Source of the DNA: Nemertoderma westbladi
Lineage: Eukaryota; Animalia; Xenacoelomorpha
Length of the DNA: 64,000 nucleotides
Direction of reading: 5' to 3'
Assembly (NCBI GenBank): GCA_032718475.1
Contig: JAUCBJ010007758.1
Location: 56,813 to 120,812 of the forward strand
Under the pieces are notes generated by a model. That model saw nothing but the letters and a program-made list of their open reading frames with translations. It did not search any database and was not told the origin of the DNA. Positions within the stretch are counted from its first letter, which is position 1. Each line of letters starts with the position of its first letter. This document shows, in pieces, positions 1 to 11,937 of the stretch. Position numbers and translations under genes: made by a program.

Positions 1-428
1 CGCTGCCCCTACTTCCTAATCGTACTTAATCGGACAAGTGCTCTACACACACTGTAATCCGTTCAGACTTAACAGCAATCAGACAACAGCTCAGCCTACA
101 AATTGTCTGCACAATCTGATCAGGCTTACACGCCTTCTGTTCAATACTGGCCTACAAACAAATAAAACTTGACAGAAATAAGTAAAAATCTCAATAAAAA
201 ACCAGGGCTGCAGTCCCTGATTAATTATTAAGGCCTACTGGTATATAATAATCAAAATCGAATAATACTGCTGTACCTGTACTGCTGTAGGTACCGGTCC
301 GGGTGGTTAGGTAGTCAGGCCTACTGGTACCGGTTCTGGCAGTTGGGCCTACTGACCTACAGATGTACCGGTTGACCGGTACTTTCAACTTTATTGCTTA
401 CTGCAATAAAGAAACATATATCCTTTAA

Positions 429-1620
429 TGTTCGCGCTTTCAGACCTTTGGCAGTTTAACCCGCCAAATTATGATGTCTTCTAGATATTAAATCGCTTTT
501 CTGCCTACGACAAATATTTGATTCACTACACTAGTCGAAACCAATCCGTGCGCGACCATTCACCCGCTGGATATTCCCGGGAGATTGGGTTCGACGGTTT
601 AATTTTATTGCTATGTAAGCCTAATGTATTATTCGACTGACAGTATTATATAATCTCTGACAATATTATTTACCTTCGGGAATATTAACAGTTCCTTTAG
701 GACGTGGCGCTTTATCTACATAAACAGAGTTATGACTTAAACTACTCACAACGATATGGCTTAATTATAATTCACATATATGGCGCATTCTTTAGGAATG
801 CTTCTTTAACAGACTCACTCATACACAATGCTGCACAATACTGCACACTAATCTGCCGATCTTCACTGATTTTAGTCACATATAAAAGAAACACAGACTG
901 ACTCATGTAGGGTCTATCAAATAACATTAGATTCACTTCAAACCACTTTAACATAAGTCACAATCGTTTATCTGTAACCTTTCTCTCTTACCTTCGGTAT
1001 ATCAAGAATATTGGGTTTCGGGGTATTTATCGTTATTCCAAATATAATAATTCATCCACAAATATAATGAATAACCGACAGTAAATAGCAGTATAAAACA
1101 ACAACTGAACACTGATTGTTATGAGTTTGCAATGTTTCAGCAGTCAGTAGTATGCCGTGCGTTAGGTATGCAGTCCGCAGTTAAAGGATATATGTCCTTA
1201 TAATTAAACCTGCTAGTGTTAAACTAAAAAGCAGAAAAGCACAAAACACTATAAGCCGTTCTTTCGTGGCTTTGAAAAACTCGTGACTACGAGAATACCA
1301 ACTACACTTATTCCCCAAAGCTCCCGTTCAACACAGAGGATGAGCAGTGAGATAGGAATTTTCAGTTCAGTAGCTCAGGATTGGTTAAAATCCAGGATAA
1401 CTCCAATTTCTATTGGAAGATACAAAAACAGGCTATGACGCAACCCTCTTAGGCTAGTTGGACGATTAACAGAGCCCAGATACCTGCATCCCACAAATCA
1501 GCCAATAAGCTGGTAGCTTACACTATTTTAACTATAGATCACTTTGAGAGTATTCTTAGCGACTGGGGGGGAACTGGCCAACAAGGCAAACGAATCAGTT
1601 ATCCCACAAAAGCTTTTACA
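429..1620 (-). mobile_element. 5' LTR of LTR element 'E' (body extends left out of window)
   Basis: The minus strand reads TGTAAAAGCTTTTG...GAAAGCGCGAACA (TG..CA termini). Homologous to 1699-2964, 11275-32474 and the TSD-flanked solo LTR at 60881-61927. AATAAA lies near its 3' end (~609-604). A leader follows at 428-1. Confidence 0.85.
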
Positions 1621-1698
1621 GAAGTACCGGTTCAGGTTTACCGGTTGACCGGTACTTTCAACTTTATTGCTTACTGCAATAAAGTCAATGACTGTTAT

Positions 1699-2964
1699 TG
1701 TACGCGCTTTTGAAGACCTTTAGCAGTTTAACCTGCCAAAATTTATATGTCTTTTGGTTTATAAATATACTTTAGAAGAAGACAAATATTTAATACCAAT
1801 AAACACAACATTAGCAGAAGCCAGCCTAGTGCGCGTCCATTCACCCGCTGGATAATCCCGGGAGACTGGATTCTGTCGGCTTAAATTATTATTGCAGTGA
1901 AGCTTACTGTATTGTATTATTCGATTGATCGTTAATAATTAATTTCTGACTAATATTATTTACTTTCGGGAAATATTAACAGTTCCTTTAGGACGTGGCG
2001 CTCTATCTAAGTAAACAGAGATATGACTTATACTAATCACAACGGTAAGTCGGTAAGGCTTAAGATTCACGTATGAGGCGCATTCTTTAAGAAATGCTTA
2101 GTTATCAATCACAATCATGCACAATACCGGTAACACACAATACCGCTCACTAATTTGCCGACCGTCAATGAATTTTATCATATATAAAGGGAATAGCAAC
2201 GGACCAATGTAGTGCTTATTAAATAGCATTAAATTCACTACAAACCACAACAATATAAGTCGCAATCGCTATATATAACCCGTCTCTCTAACCTGTAGTG
2301 TATCAAAAAAAAGGGAAATTTGGGTTCTTTATATATGTTCTCCAAATGATATTCAACCAAACACAACAGTAAATAGCAGTATAATAATGTATGTTAAACA
2401 GTAATAACAACAAAGTATTGAATTGTGAATGGAATTGTTAAGATTAGATTGGATAACAGTCATACGCTCTATAATTTAAGCCTACTAATGTTTCTTATAA
2501 AAGTATGAAACGAATTGATTCTAGAGCCGTTGTTCCTGGCCTAGACAGCAATAACAACAAAGTATCAAGAAAAAAACAGTAAGACTGAACACACTCCTTA
2601 TGATTGACCGAAAAGCTACACGTCGACAGGAAAAATCGCTCTGATTGGCTCAAGCCAAACAAAGAACCATGCGTCCAATGGCTGTTTCCATGTCAGCAAC
2701 CAGCTGTTAGATGTCGTAATATGAATCATCACGGCTAAGCTATGAAAGGTATTTGCCGCATTGCAGGTTTTTTGTCTTACCATGTCCGCTAATACACGTA
2801 TATAGCAAAATGACTTTTATGTCCGTTAAAACACCTGTAACGGTACCTTGAGGGCGAGGGGAATATTTATACAGTTATAGAACCTTTTTAGAGTATTCCA
2901 GCATCTGGGGGGAAACTGGATTGCGAAGCAAAGGGGCCAGTTATATCTCACAGAAGCTTTTACA
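1699..2964 (-). mobile_element. 5' LTR of related LTR element 'D' (leader 1698-1621 interrupted by element E)
   Basis: The minus strand reads TGTAAAAGCTTCTG...AAAAGCGCGTACA. Long shared blocks with 429-1620 (e.g. aacagttcctttaggacgtggcgct). It cuts the Pao RNase H ORF at YWTDAS. Confidence 0.8.
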
Positions 2965-3992
2965 GATGCGTCCGTCCAATAGAATAAGGTCAATGTCGTG
3001 TCTAACTCCTTTATTATCTGCTTACTTACCTCGACTGAAACTACTGCCGCCTGTAACTCTGCACGAGGGACAGTCATGTATTTGACCGGCATTGTCTTTG
3101 ATCTAGAAGTCACAAAGGCCGTCTCAAACTTGTCCTGACTTACCTCTCGGCGAAGGTAGGCTACCATACCAAAGCCGGTGTCACTTGTGTCACTGAATAA
3201 GTGGAGTTCGAGATCAGCTGGAAATACCAGCTGATTCGGAAAGTAGGATCGGGGCACATCTATATTTTTCAATAGATGTAACTCTGCTTCCCACTCTCTC
3301 CACTGCTTTGCATGTATAGGAGATATTGGTTCGTCCCACTCTAGGTCGGACAACCAAATTTTCCTCATGCACGCTTGTGCCTGTAATATTACCGGACTGA
3401 TAAAGTTCATCGGGTCAAATAGTCTACTCAATGTCGATAAGCAAATTCTCTTTGTCAAAATCTTGTCTGGGCTACTGGGCTCAAATCTAACTCTCACCTG
3501 GAACTTGTCCGTGTTCGGATTCCTAGCGAGTCCCAGTACTCGCGCCATGGGGATTGGTTCTACCCCCAATTCAATGTCTCCGCTCCCGCAATCTTTCACC
3601 GGGAACGATTCTAATAGGGCCTCCGAATTAGTAGTGAACTTGGTCAGAGGAAAACCCCCTGTTGCGAACCATTGGTTGATACCCATAGGTCTGGAAACCG
3701 GGCTCCGGGCTCTCGCTTCTGCTACACTACCCTCCCTATCACTCACCTCTGTCCGGGCTGCTGTGCAGTTCTTCCTTACAGTAGTGGTAGGGGATCCTAA
3801 TACTATTACTGGTGTTCCTTGCTCTTCCTCACTAGTTACTGTCTTGTCCTCCTGTTCACTTACGTCAGCGTCGCTTGCTGCGTCGTCATAGTCGGCATTG
3901 TCGTCAACAGTAATATTAACGCTATCGTCAGTCGGCGGTCCAGCCGCCGTCTCATAGCTGTCCTCTAGTGCCTCCTTGTCTGAGACACTCAT
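2965..3992 (-). pseudogene. Internally deleted BEL/Pao polyprotein of element 'C' (acidic gag N-terminus fused in frame to RT-end/RNase H region)
   Basis: Pao motifs GGFPLTKF, TKRICLSTLSRLFDPMNFISP, LHLFSDTS, VPRAELQAA and FYWTD. An acidic low-complexity N-terminus joins them directly. The ORF-track tail below 2965 is LTR D sequence. Confidence 0.85.
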
Positions 3993-6163
3993 AGTCTAAA
4001 TAATGTTTTGCCTTCCGGCTAAAATCTCGCAAAATTTCGAGATTTAATTATAATTTAACCGAAAATACGGTCAAATTATTTGTCTAATAATTAGTTGGTC
4101 CAAAATGTCAAATAAATTCGCAATGCAATATTGTGAATTTAATAGGATATAGTTATAGCAAATACTAGAACAATATTTAAACAAAATATTATTATATAGC
4201 TATTATAGCATTTAAATACCGGTATAGCACAAAATAACCTTGAATCTAATACAAAAAACCATGGCCAGCTAAACCTAACTAACCTAACTAATAAATTGAG
4301 TTCAGCTTCGCAGTTAAACAACCGGTAATTTTTTACTGCTTCCACAAACACAATGGTGCCAACAGGACAACTAACCTTGTTTGCTGTGAGATTCCACATC
4401 CGCGTCCAAAGATTCAGGCTCTTCGCTGATTGCGAACCGAACCCGCAGACCCACACGAACCCCAAACTCAGAAGTTCCGTCTTGCCATCTATCTCCAGAT
4501 GGTATAAAATAACTAAGCGGTTACCTAACATACCGGTACAAAACTCTAGATTTTACAAATAATTTTGACCGAAACTGAATTCTCGCAAACCTAGCTAAAA
4601 TTTTCAAAAAACTTACTAATTACAGTTTGCCCTAAGGGCCTAAGGAACTGCTGTATTCGCAATTAGCAAAAAACGCACTACCGTACATCCACTGTACGCA
4701 ATACAGTAAGTAAAACAGTACACCAACCTAACAGCCTAAAGAATACTGTATGTGGTACAGCAAAACAAATGTCCTTTCTACCGTACGCAGTAACAGCAAT
4801 CAGCCTAATGCACTAATGTACTACTGTACTACTGCATGCGACCAATGAATACAGTAATCTAAACTAACAGCCTAAGAATACTCTATTTACTGTACGCTAC
4901 AGCCTACAGCAAACAAAATACACATTACTGATACGAAGTAACAGTAAATTAGCCTAATGTACTACAGTACTACTGCATGCAGCAGCAAAAGTACACATTA
5001 CTGATAAACACGCGCGTTACCTATACTAACAGCAGAACTGTTGAACAGACAAATACCGGTATACTTCTCTGCCAACCTAATAAGTTCCCGCCTAACCAAT
5101 AAGACACAAATACTGCTCTACTGTTAAATAAAGGTAATCAGGAGCGTGCTACTACTAAAACGTAGGGCTGCTAAATATAAAACCGCTACTTACCGTTGGA
5201 TGGCGCTAATCTGCCGTCTGCTAATATAATTTTACTAAATTTACACGGCTCCTGCAAAATCACTTGTTCCTTTCTCTACCGATCGCTCGACAGAGAGCTA
5301 ACTGTTCGAATCTATGAGCCACGCGGGAATAACCAAAACAATAAACCCGAGTCGGCTCCCTAAGCTTACTTAAGACGAGTGTGAAAGACATTACACTCAA
5401 GAGTATATTCTTACGCCTAATCTTACTGTTAAAGTACGCTAATGCCTATGTCTTTTCTAATCGCGAATACTGGGGGTTGCCTAAAGGAATGTGTGAATGC
5501 GAGAATATTTAAATAATCAAAAATGGTACAGTACACTGTCTCGCGTGAGTAATATCGTTCTAGGTCTAAAACTTGCCTGCAGCTGGCTTTAGGCCAGAAA
5601 ACTACTAGTGTGTTCCGCGTACCGAATAATGCGATCTAGCTTATTGCCCGCTAATGCAAATAACCGCTCAGCGTGAATAGTTTACGGTACTCTAAATTAT
5701 TACCTTAGCTACTCTCTGCTATGCTGCGTACTAATTCTTAATTTTACTAATTAATTACAGTCACAAATGTATAACAGCATACTAATTACTAAGAGTTCCA
5801 GAATGCGTAATTCTAACTTATTACACAACAGGTTTCACTAGTAACAGTCTAAAAATACTGTATTACTTTGACCTAATTAGTAATTATTTACAGTAAACTA
5901 AGAAATAGAAATCAATCAAAGAGAAAAGAGCGCCTACCTAAGCATTCGTAATCATATGCACACTTCAGTAACACACCAATCAGCATTAGCAATCACAGTT
6001 TGCAATGTGCAATTCGCAATCGCACGATTCGCAATTTTGCAGTTTACAACTGTAATGTGTACAGGTCTTTCCCGGGTACATCCAGGCTTCCTAACTAACC
6101 CAATTCCTGCCCCCCTAATGCTACAAAATAGAGACAAAATCTGGATCATCAGCCCCTAATTAC

Positions 6164-7264
6164 TGTACCAGCGAAATGGCCTTACGCTACAGAGTAAACC
6201 GCCCGACCGCAACGGTAACCCCCCGCCAGCATTGCCCGCCTTTTGAATCCTCCGCACTCCCTTCGTCGCTAACCCCCCGATGCGCCCACCGCCTACCGGC
6301 ACCTTAGCCCTCCATTAGAATGAATAGCTACCGTAGCGGCGCATGCAAATCACAAAGTCTGACAGTTTCAGAAAATCCCGTAGGATTATTGCGTCGAAAG
6401 GAATTACATAGAACCATTAACAAAAGGGGTAGAAATCATAGTTCCGATTGTAATTAGCAGTAATCGTTGGAATTGATTGAGAAACACAAGTGAGAATAAT
6501 CTAATTAACGAATCATTCCAAGAAATCAATCGAAAAGGTAGAAATGCAGAAAATACGCACAAATTGTACTCCTAAACTTAACACAGAATAATGAGATTGT
6601 GGTGGTGGTGAAAATGTACAGCTCTACCGGCAAACCGCCAATTTATAGGTGATTCGAGTGGGGTGATGCAATCGCTCTCTCATTGGCTCTCCAATCCGCG
6701 CTATCATTAGACCAACCTGGAAGCAGTTAGTCCAATAAGAAAGCCGGATTGTAGCCCTATTGCCCCCAAAACCCACAAAACGTCACCATATAAGGTAATT
6801 TTGCCGGTGCTTAATTTAGCGGTACTAATAACATGATGCACAAACATTAATTTAGCGCAAGTATAGGAAATTAAGACCCGTGATAGCTAGCCCCATCAAG
6901 GCTAATAACAGCAAGCCTAAAATCCAGGGTCCAACTGAACTTGCTACCCTGGAACTATCTACTTATATCATATTACAAAATTACATAGGTAGGGCTACAT
7001 ACTATACAAAATGGATGAATTCAAAATATATGGGCGTTTCAATTTCCTTATCTAAATGTCACTGCGCTATTATGCCTTATCTAAATAATTGTACTGCATA
7101 ACGGACTAATATGTGATACTATATAATGGACTAATATATTATACTGTATAATGGACCAATATATTATACTGTATAATGGCTAATAATGTGTACTGCATAA
7201 TAACTAATATTGTGTATACAGTACAACAGCTAACAATGTGGATACAGCGCCATATACCATAACA
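6164..7264 (-). mobile_element. Probable 5' LTR of element C
   Basis: The minus strand starts TGTTATGG at 7264, exactly where similarity to LTR-A stops, and ends TGGTACA at 6164. CCAAT boxes and CTATAAAT at ~6648-6641. Followed by the PBS-like TAATTAGGGGCTGATGATCCAGAT. No second LTR in the window to confirm. Confidence 0.55.
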
Positions 7265-8246
7265 CATATAGATATAAGGGTATGATAAATAATAAGAATT
7301 AGCACAGTTAAAGTGAACGATGTATAATGTACCGGTAAAATGGTTTAATACTGTATAGCAGTAGACGGAGATGAATGTGATTAGAGTTCCGGTACTACCC
7401 TAACTAACTGACTTACTGAAGTGAATAGATTGGCACAAGAACCGGTAATATATATTGCACTGGTTGGCCGCATTACGTTACTCAGTTGATGCCTTCCCCC
7501 CATTGGCTAATAACTCACTTTTCACCCTCCCATCTCCCTGGGAGTGCTCCCCCCCCCCCCCCGCTGCTGTCTCTCTCTCCCTTCCGGGGGTTTAACCTCT
7601 GACCCCAGCTGCGTGTGTTCCCTTGGGGTCTGTTGTCCCCGCTTATTGGGGTGACATGAGGTTGATTGGTAATCAACCTCGTGCTCCCAATATCGCCTAA
7701 AACCAACTTTGTGTGGGCCTGGTTAGCCGAATTGAATACACTAACACTCCCCCCCATGCTATCTTCCTGGTGAGAAGATAGCATCCACCTCTAGTGCGCT
7801 ACAATTCCGCCGGATCTCGATCTAGCATCGAGTGTGGGGTGGAACTATTTTTCTCGGAGCCGGCTTTCCAGACCGCCCCCAATGGGTATGATATCGCTAC
7901 CCTGTTTACCTGGCATCCCGTGTCGGGCCGATCGTGCGCTTCTCTCACACGACTTTTGTTTCCCCAACACTTTCGCCACATCAACTCCACTCTGTTCTCA
8001 CCCTGACTCTCCTCTACTTCTCCTCACTTCCGCTCTAACTCTCGGATTTCCCTGTCCCTCACTCAGCCTCTTATTCCTCCACCCCCCCCCCCCCCATACT
8101 TGAATTGCACCCGCACTCTCTCCGCACTACAACTCAACCCCTATCTTACTCACTCACTCCTGACGAGTTTTACCCCCCTCCTGTGCCGTCGCACTCAAGA
8201 AGTGTGATGTCGTCCAGTGTCTCGTCAACGGGAGTATTATAGTCCA
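7265..8246 (-). mobile_element. LTR type A, copy 1 (interrupted at 7264 by element C)
   Basis: Near-identical to 33093-34069. Begins TGGACTATAATACT on the minus strand. Confidence 0.85.
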
Positions 8247-8248
8247 TT

Positions 8249-9253
8249 TGTGACGGGATCCACGGAGGATCCCGATTTATCCTGTTTTTAATCTACGTGT
8301 CCCGCCTTGTGTGAAAGGGTAAAAAGAGTTGTTGATTGCTGTATATAGTTCTTCGGGTATATAATAGTATAAGATAAATATAAGATATTGATATAAGATG
8401 TACTGATAGTGAGATAAGATATTGGCACTGGATGTACTGACGGTAAGACGAGACGGTAATTAAAGTTCCGGTACTACCCTAGCTAAACTGACTTACTACA
8501 AAGTGAATGAAATGATTACTGTACTGACAATATATTGCACGGTTGGCCGCGTTGCACTACCCAGCCGATGCCTTCCCCCCATTGGCTAATAACCCTGTTG
8601 TCGCCCTTTTACCTCCCTTTGGAGTGCTTCCCTTTATCCCTGCTATTCTCTCTCTCTCAGGGGTGTAACCCCTGACCCCTATTGTGCGTTTTCTCTTTGG
8701 GGTTTCTCCTTCCCACTTTGTTGGGGTGAAACGAGATTGATTGATCGCTCTCGTGTTCCCCAATATTGCCTAAACCTAACTCTATGGGGTGGTTAGCGGA
8801 ATTGAATAAGCTAACACTCCCCCCATGCTATCTTCCCGGTGAGAAGATAGAATCCACCTCTAGTGCGCTACAATTCCGCTGGATCCCGATCTAGTATTGG
8901 GTGTGGGGTGGGCCTATTTTCTTGGAGCCGGCTTTCCAGGCCGCTCCCTATGGGTATGATAATGCTACCCCGTCTTGGTACAACTCTACCTATCTTGTAC
9001 CAAGACATGTGGCGTCACGTGTTGGGCCGATCGTGCGCTTCTCTCACACAATTTTGCTTCCCCAACGCTTTCGCCCTAACTCTCCTCCACTCTTACCCCA
9101 ACTCTCACATACTCTCGGACCTCCTCGTCCCATGCTCTTTCTCTTACTTCTCTCCCCCCCCCCCCGCACTTGAATTGCGCTCACACTCTCTCCACACTCT
9201 GCACTCTCTCCACACTACAACTCAACCTCTATCTTGACCACTCACTCCCAACG
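8249..9253 (-). mobile_element. LTR type B, copy 1 (missing ~80 bp of its 5' end)
   Basis: Near-identical to the reassembled 34072-34255 + 37030-37186 + 41846-42503. Ends CCCGTCACA on the minus strand. Confidence 0.85.
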
Positions 9254-11937
9254 TACCACTTCCCTTACATACTTATATAGAGTAGTAGAGTGCTCCATAC
9301 AAATCAGAATCAATTAAAAAAGCCCTTATATAAAGAATTACTAAATCACAAATGACCTTGTAAATTACGAAAATTTCAAAAAAATTTCTGCTGGGGAACC
9401 TAGTGGCACCCACATTTTGGTCTCTGTAGTACAGAGGAATGCATATTTTGAATGCAAACGTCTCTAAAGATAGCGAATCCAGTACTATCTAGTTTCTCAT
9501 TGACAGAGTCCCACAGGCTTAGTTTTGTCAGTGTGCGATCTTTAAACTGACTATCAACGTTTCAAAATGGATCAGAAGTGGTCAGAAACATTCAAATCGG
9601 ATGAATTTGTTATGTTCATCTAACTTAGCGAGCTTAGTTCCCCGAGTATGGGAACCTATGGTTTGACAGCACACATCAGCTAACCATCCGGAAAGTGTGG
9701 TAATTTCGAATATGGTGTTCATGGCCAAGGAAAGATGGAGGGGAACGCTCATAAAACTATAAACCACTCCAGGCGCTGTCAATGGCCCATCAAAATATAA
9801 ATGTGAGTAATGATCACCACAAATCTGTTGATAATTAAGAGAGTCTCTTACTTTGAAATTCCATCTGTATACTTGGAACGCTAAATGTCTGATGGAAGTT
9901 CGTTAGACTTTATTTATCCCGCTCGGCATAGTGGCATACATGGTTTGAAAAAATCCTCAACCTTCTGCCCAAGGTGCTCTTAATTGTGTGGACTTGATTA
10001 CTGTAAGAAAAAAAAGCTACTGGCTACTGAAGTACTGACTACTGGCTACTGACTACTGGCTACTGGCTAATGACCTAAGAGCAAAAACAAATCTAACGAT
10101 TTTGATGAATTTTTGCATGGACCATGAAAATAGATTTCTAAGGGTACTTGTGATATTGCGGTTTAAATTGGACCATCTCAACTTGTTTTATTTCGAAAAA
10201 TAGTGTAAGCGGATTCAATTCCACTTCATATATATTATACTTATATATATACTTATGAAATTTTCATTTTTTTGGATTTGAAAGTGTTCTTCGATAATTT
10301 TTTCACCTACAACCCAAATTTCGTAGGATTTTATTGGATGATTACAAAAATACAGCAAGGGGGGGGGGGGGGCGAATCGACCACCCGCCAGTGCTGCTAA
10401 TGGTCTTAACACCCCAGTGGTAATGGGTTTAAAGGACATGCTAGTTGGGATTGCCCTTTTAGCCAAGACATCGAAAGTGTAGATGAGTTAATTGCACTTT
10501 GTTACATATGAGCTTGGGAAGCCAGTGCAGATCTTCACTGCGAGTCGTGCCATCGGTATAATCCGGGACGTGCACTGCACATGAGGGAGTGTAGCATTTC
10601 ACCCCTATCTCTTTCCCCAAGTCGAGTAAAAAACTCGTATTTCCAACTACAAATTAATCAAACCGTTGGTGAGTGTATTTCCACCTAATATGTCCAGAAA
10701 TATTTTCAAAATATTAATCCGAGAAATATTGAGTCTTATCATTTGATTAGCTTTATTAGTAGAGACCCCGAGTGTGGTGAGACATTTGTAAATGCATACC
10801 CTGAGTTACAAGAAATCCACTAACATCCTTATGAGTACAAAGCGAGAGAATGGGAATTAGAAAGAACCGTTAAAACCCAAAAATTCCTGACTACTCATGG
10901 TCTACCTATGGTGTTCGTACAGACGACTAAGATGGTACTGGTACAGGCTGCTGTCCAGAGACGAGCCTTAAAGGTTGTGCACCATCGATCCCTTGGGTCC
11001 TCTAATAAACATGTTCATATTGCAGCCCAATCAAAGGAGAGGAGACACAGAAATACAAATCCTTCCAATGCAATTGTATTGCACCCTTCCCCCAGGAGTT
11101 ATAGCCCTCCTAGTAAAGTAGCTCGTGGATAGGAGAAAAAGAATATTCAAAAGATTAAGATACTCCATAAAAGTCATTCTAGAAAGAAGGATTGATAGTT
11201 TAGAGTAGTAAACTTATGAGAAACTGTGATGCTAGGTATATGTTATAGACTTAAGTTCCTTTTTCTGGGAGCGGTGTTAAAGCTTTTGTGGGAAAAATAT
11301 ATAGTTTTTGTGCAATACGCAAACTACTCTAAAACTGGCAGTATCTCGAGGGATTTGAGAATTTATAAAACTTATGTTCTATAGCATTTATTTTGGTACA
11401 GAGCTGTAGTGACGAAATCATTTAATCATTTAATCTTTTAATCATTTAATTTACATAACAGACATTACAGAATATAATGTTGTATGGGCCTACTGCACAA
11501 ATAAACTAATATTTATGTAGCTCAGTATATCTACAGTTTAAGGCACATAGCATAGCTAGTGCGTGACTCAAACAGCAACATATATAAATACTAATAAATG
11601 TAAGTATTTACAGTATTATGATTAAGGTATTCCAAGAAATTATGTTTCAATGTTAAAATTTGAATGGAAAAAATATATATATATATATTTGTCAGAAACT
11701 CCAGCGGAATAGTAAAAAATAGGAAACAGACAGTTAAATTAATTGCTGTGGTTAGTAAAAGAAAATACGAAATGAATAAAGAGACAAGAAGAGGATGGCC
11801 TAATCTAGTATATTATTTTTGAGTGTTTGACGGTTTAGCAACTAATATTTTTAATTTGAAATTATGACTGATTGAGCGATCGGAGGGGGTAACTTAAATA
11901 TAGATTAACAGGCATCACTGAACAATAATAGTTATTA

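Noticed and set aside
6450-6457. 8-nt match between element C's post-LTR sequence and its LTR
   Set aside because: Too short and AT-rich, and far from the TATA-predicted start. C is not counted as self-priming.
7515-9237. Short ORFs repeated at 33306-34030 and 41720-42487
   Set aside because: They lie within LTR A/B copies and recur only because the LTRs are repeated.
9700-9990. Possible THAP-domain relic on the minus strand (ICGDHY...VPSIFPW)
   Set aside because: Needs a frameshift, has stops and lacks the N-terminal CxxxC. Too weak without a search.
10060-10432. Possible piggyBac-like MITE end (..aatgggtttaaa)
   Set aside because: No matching second terminus or TTAA pair identified.
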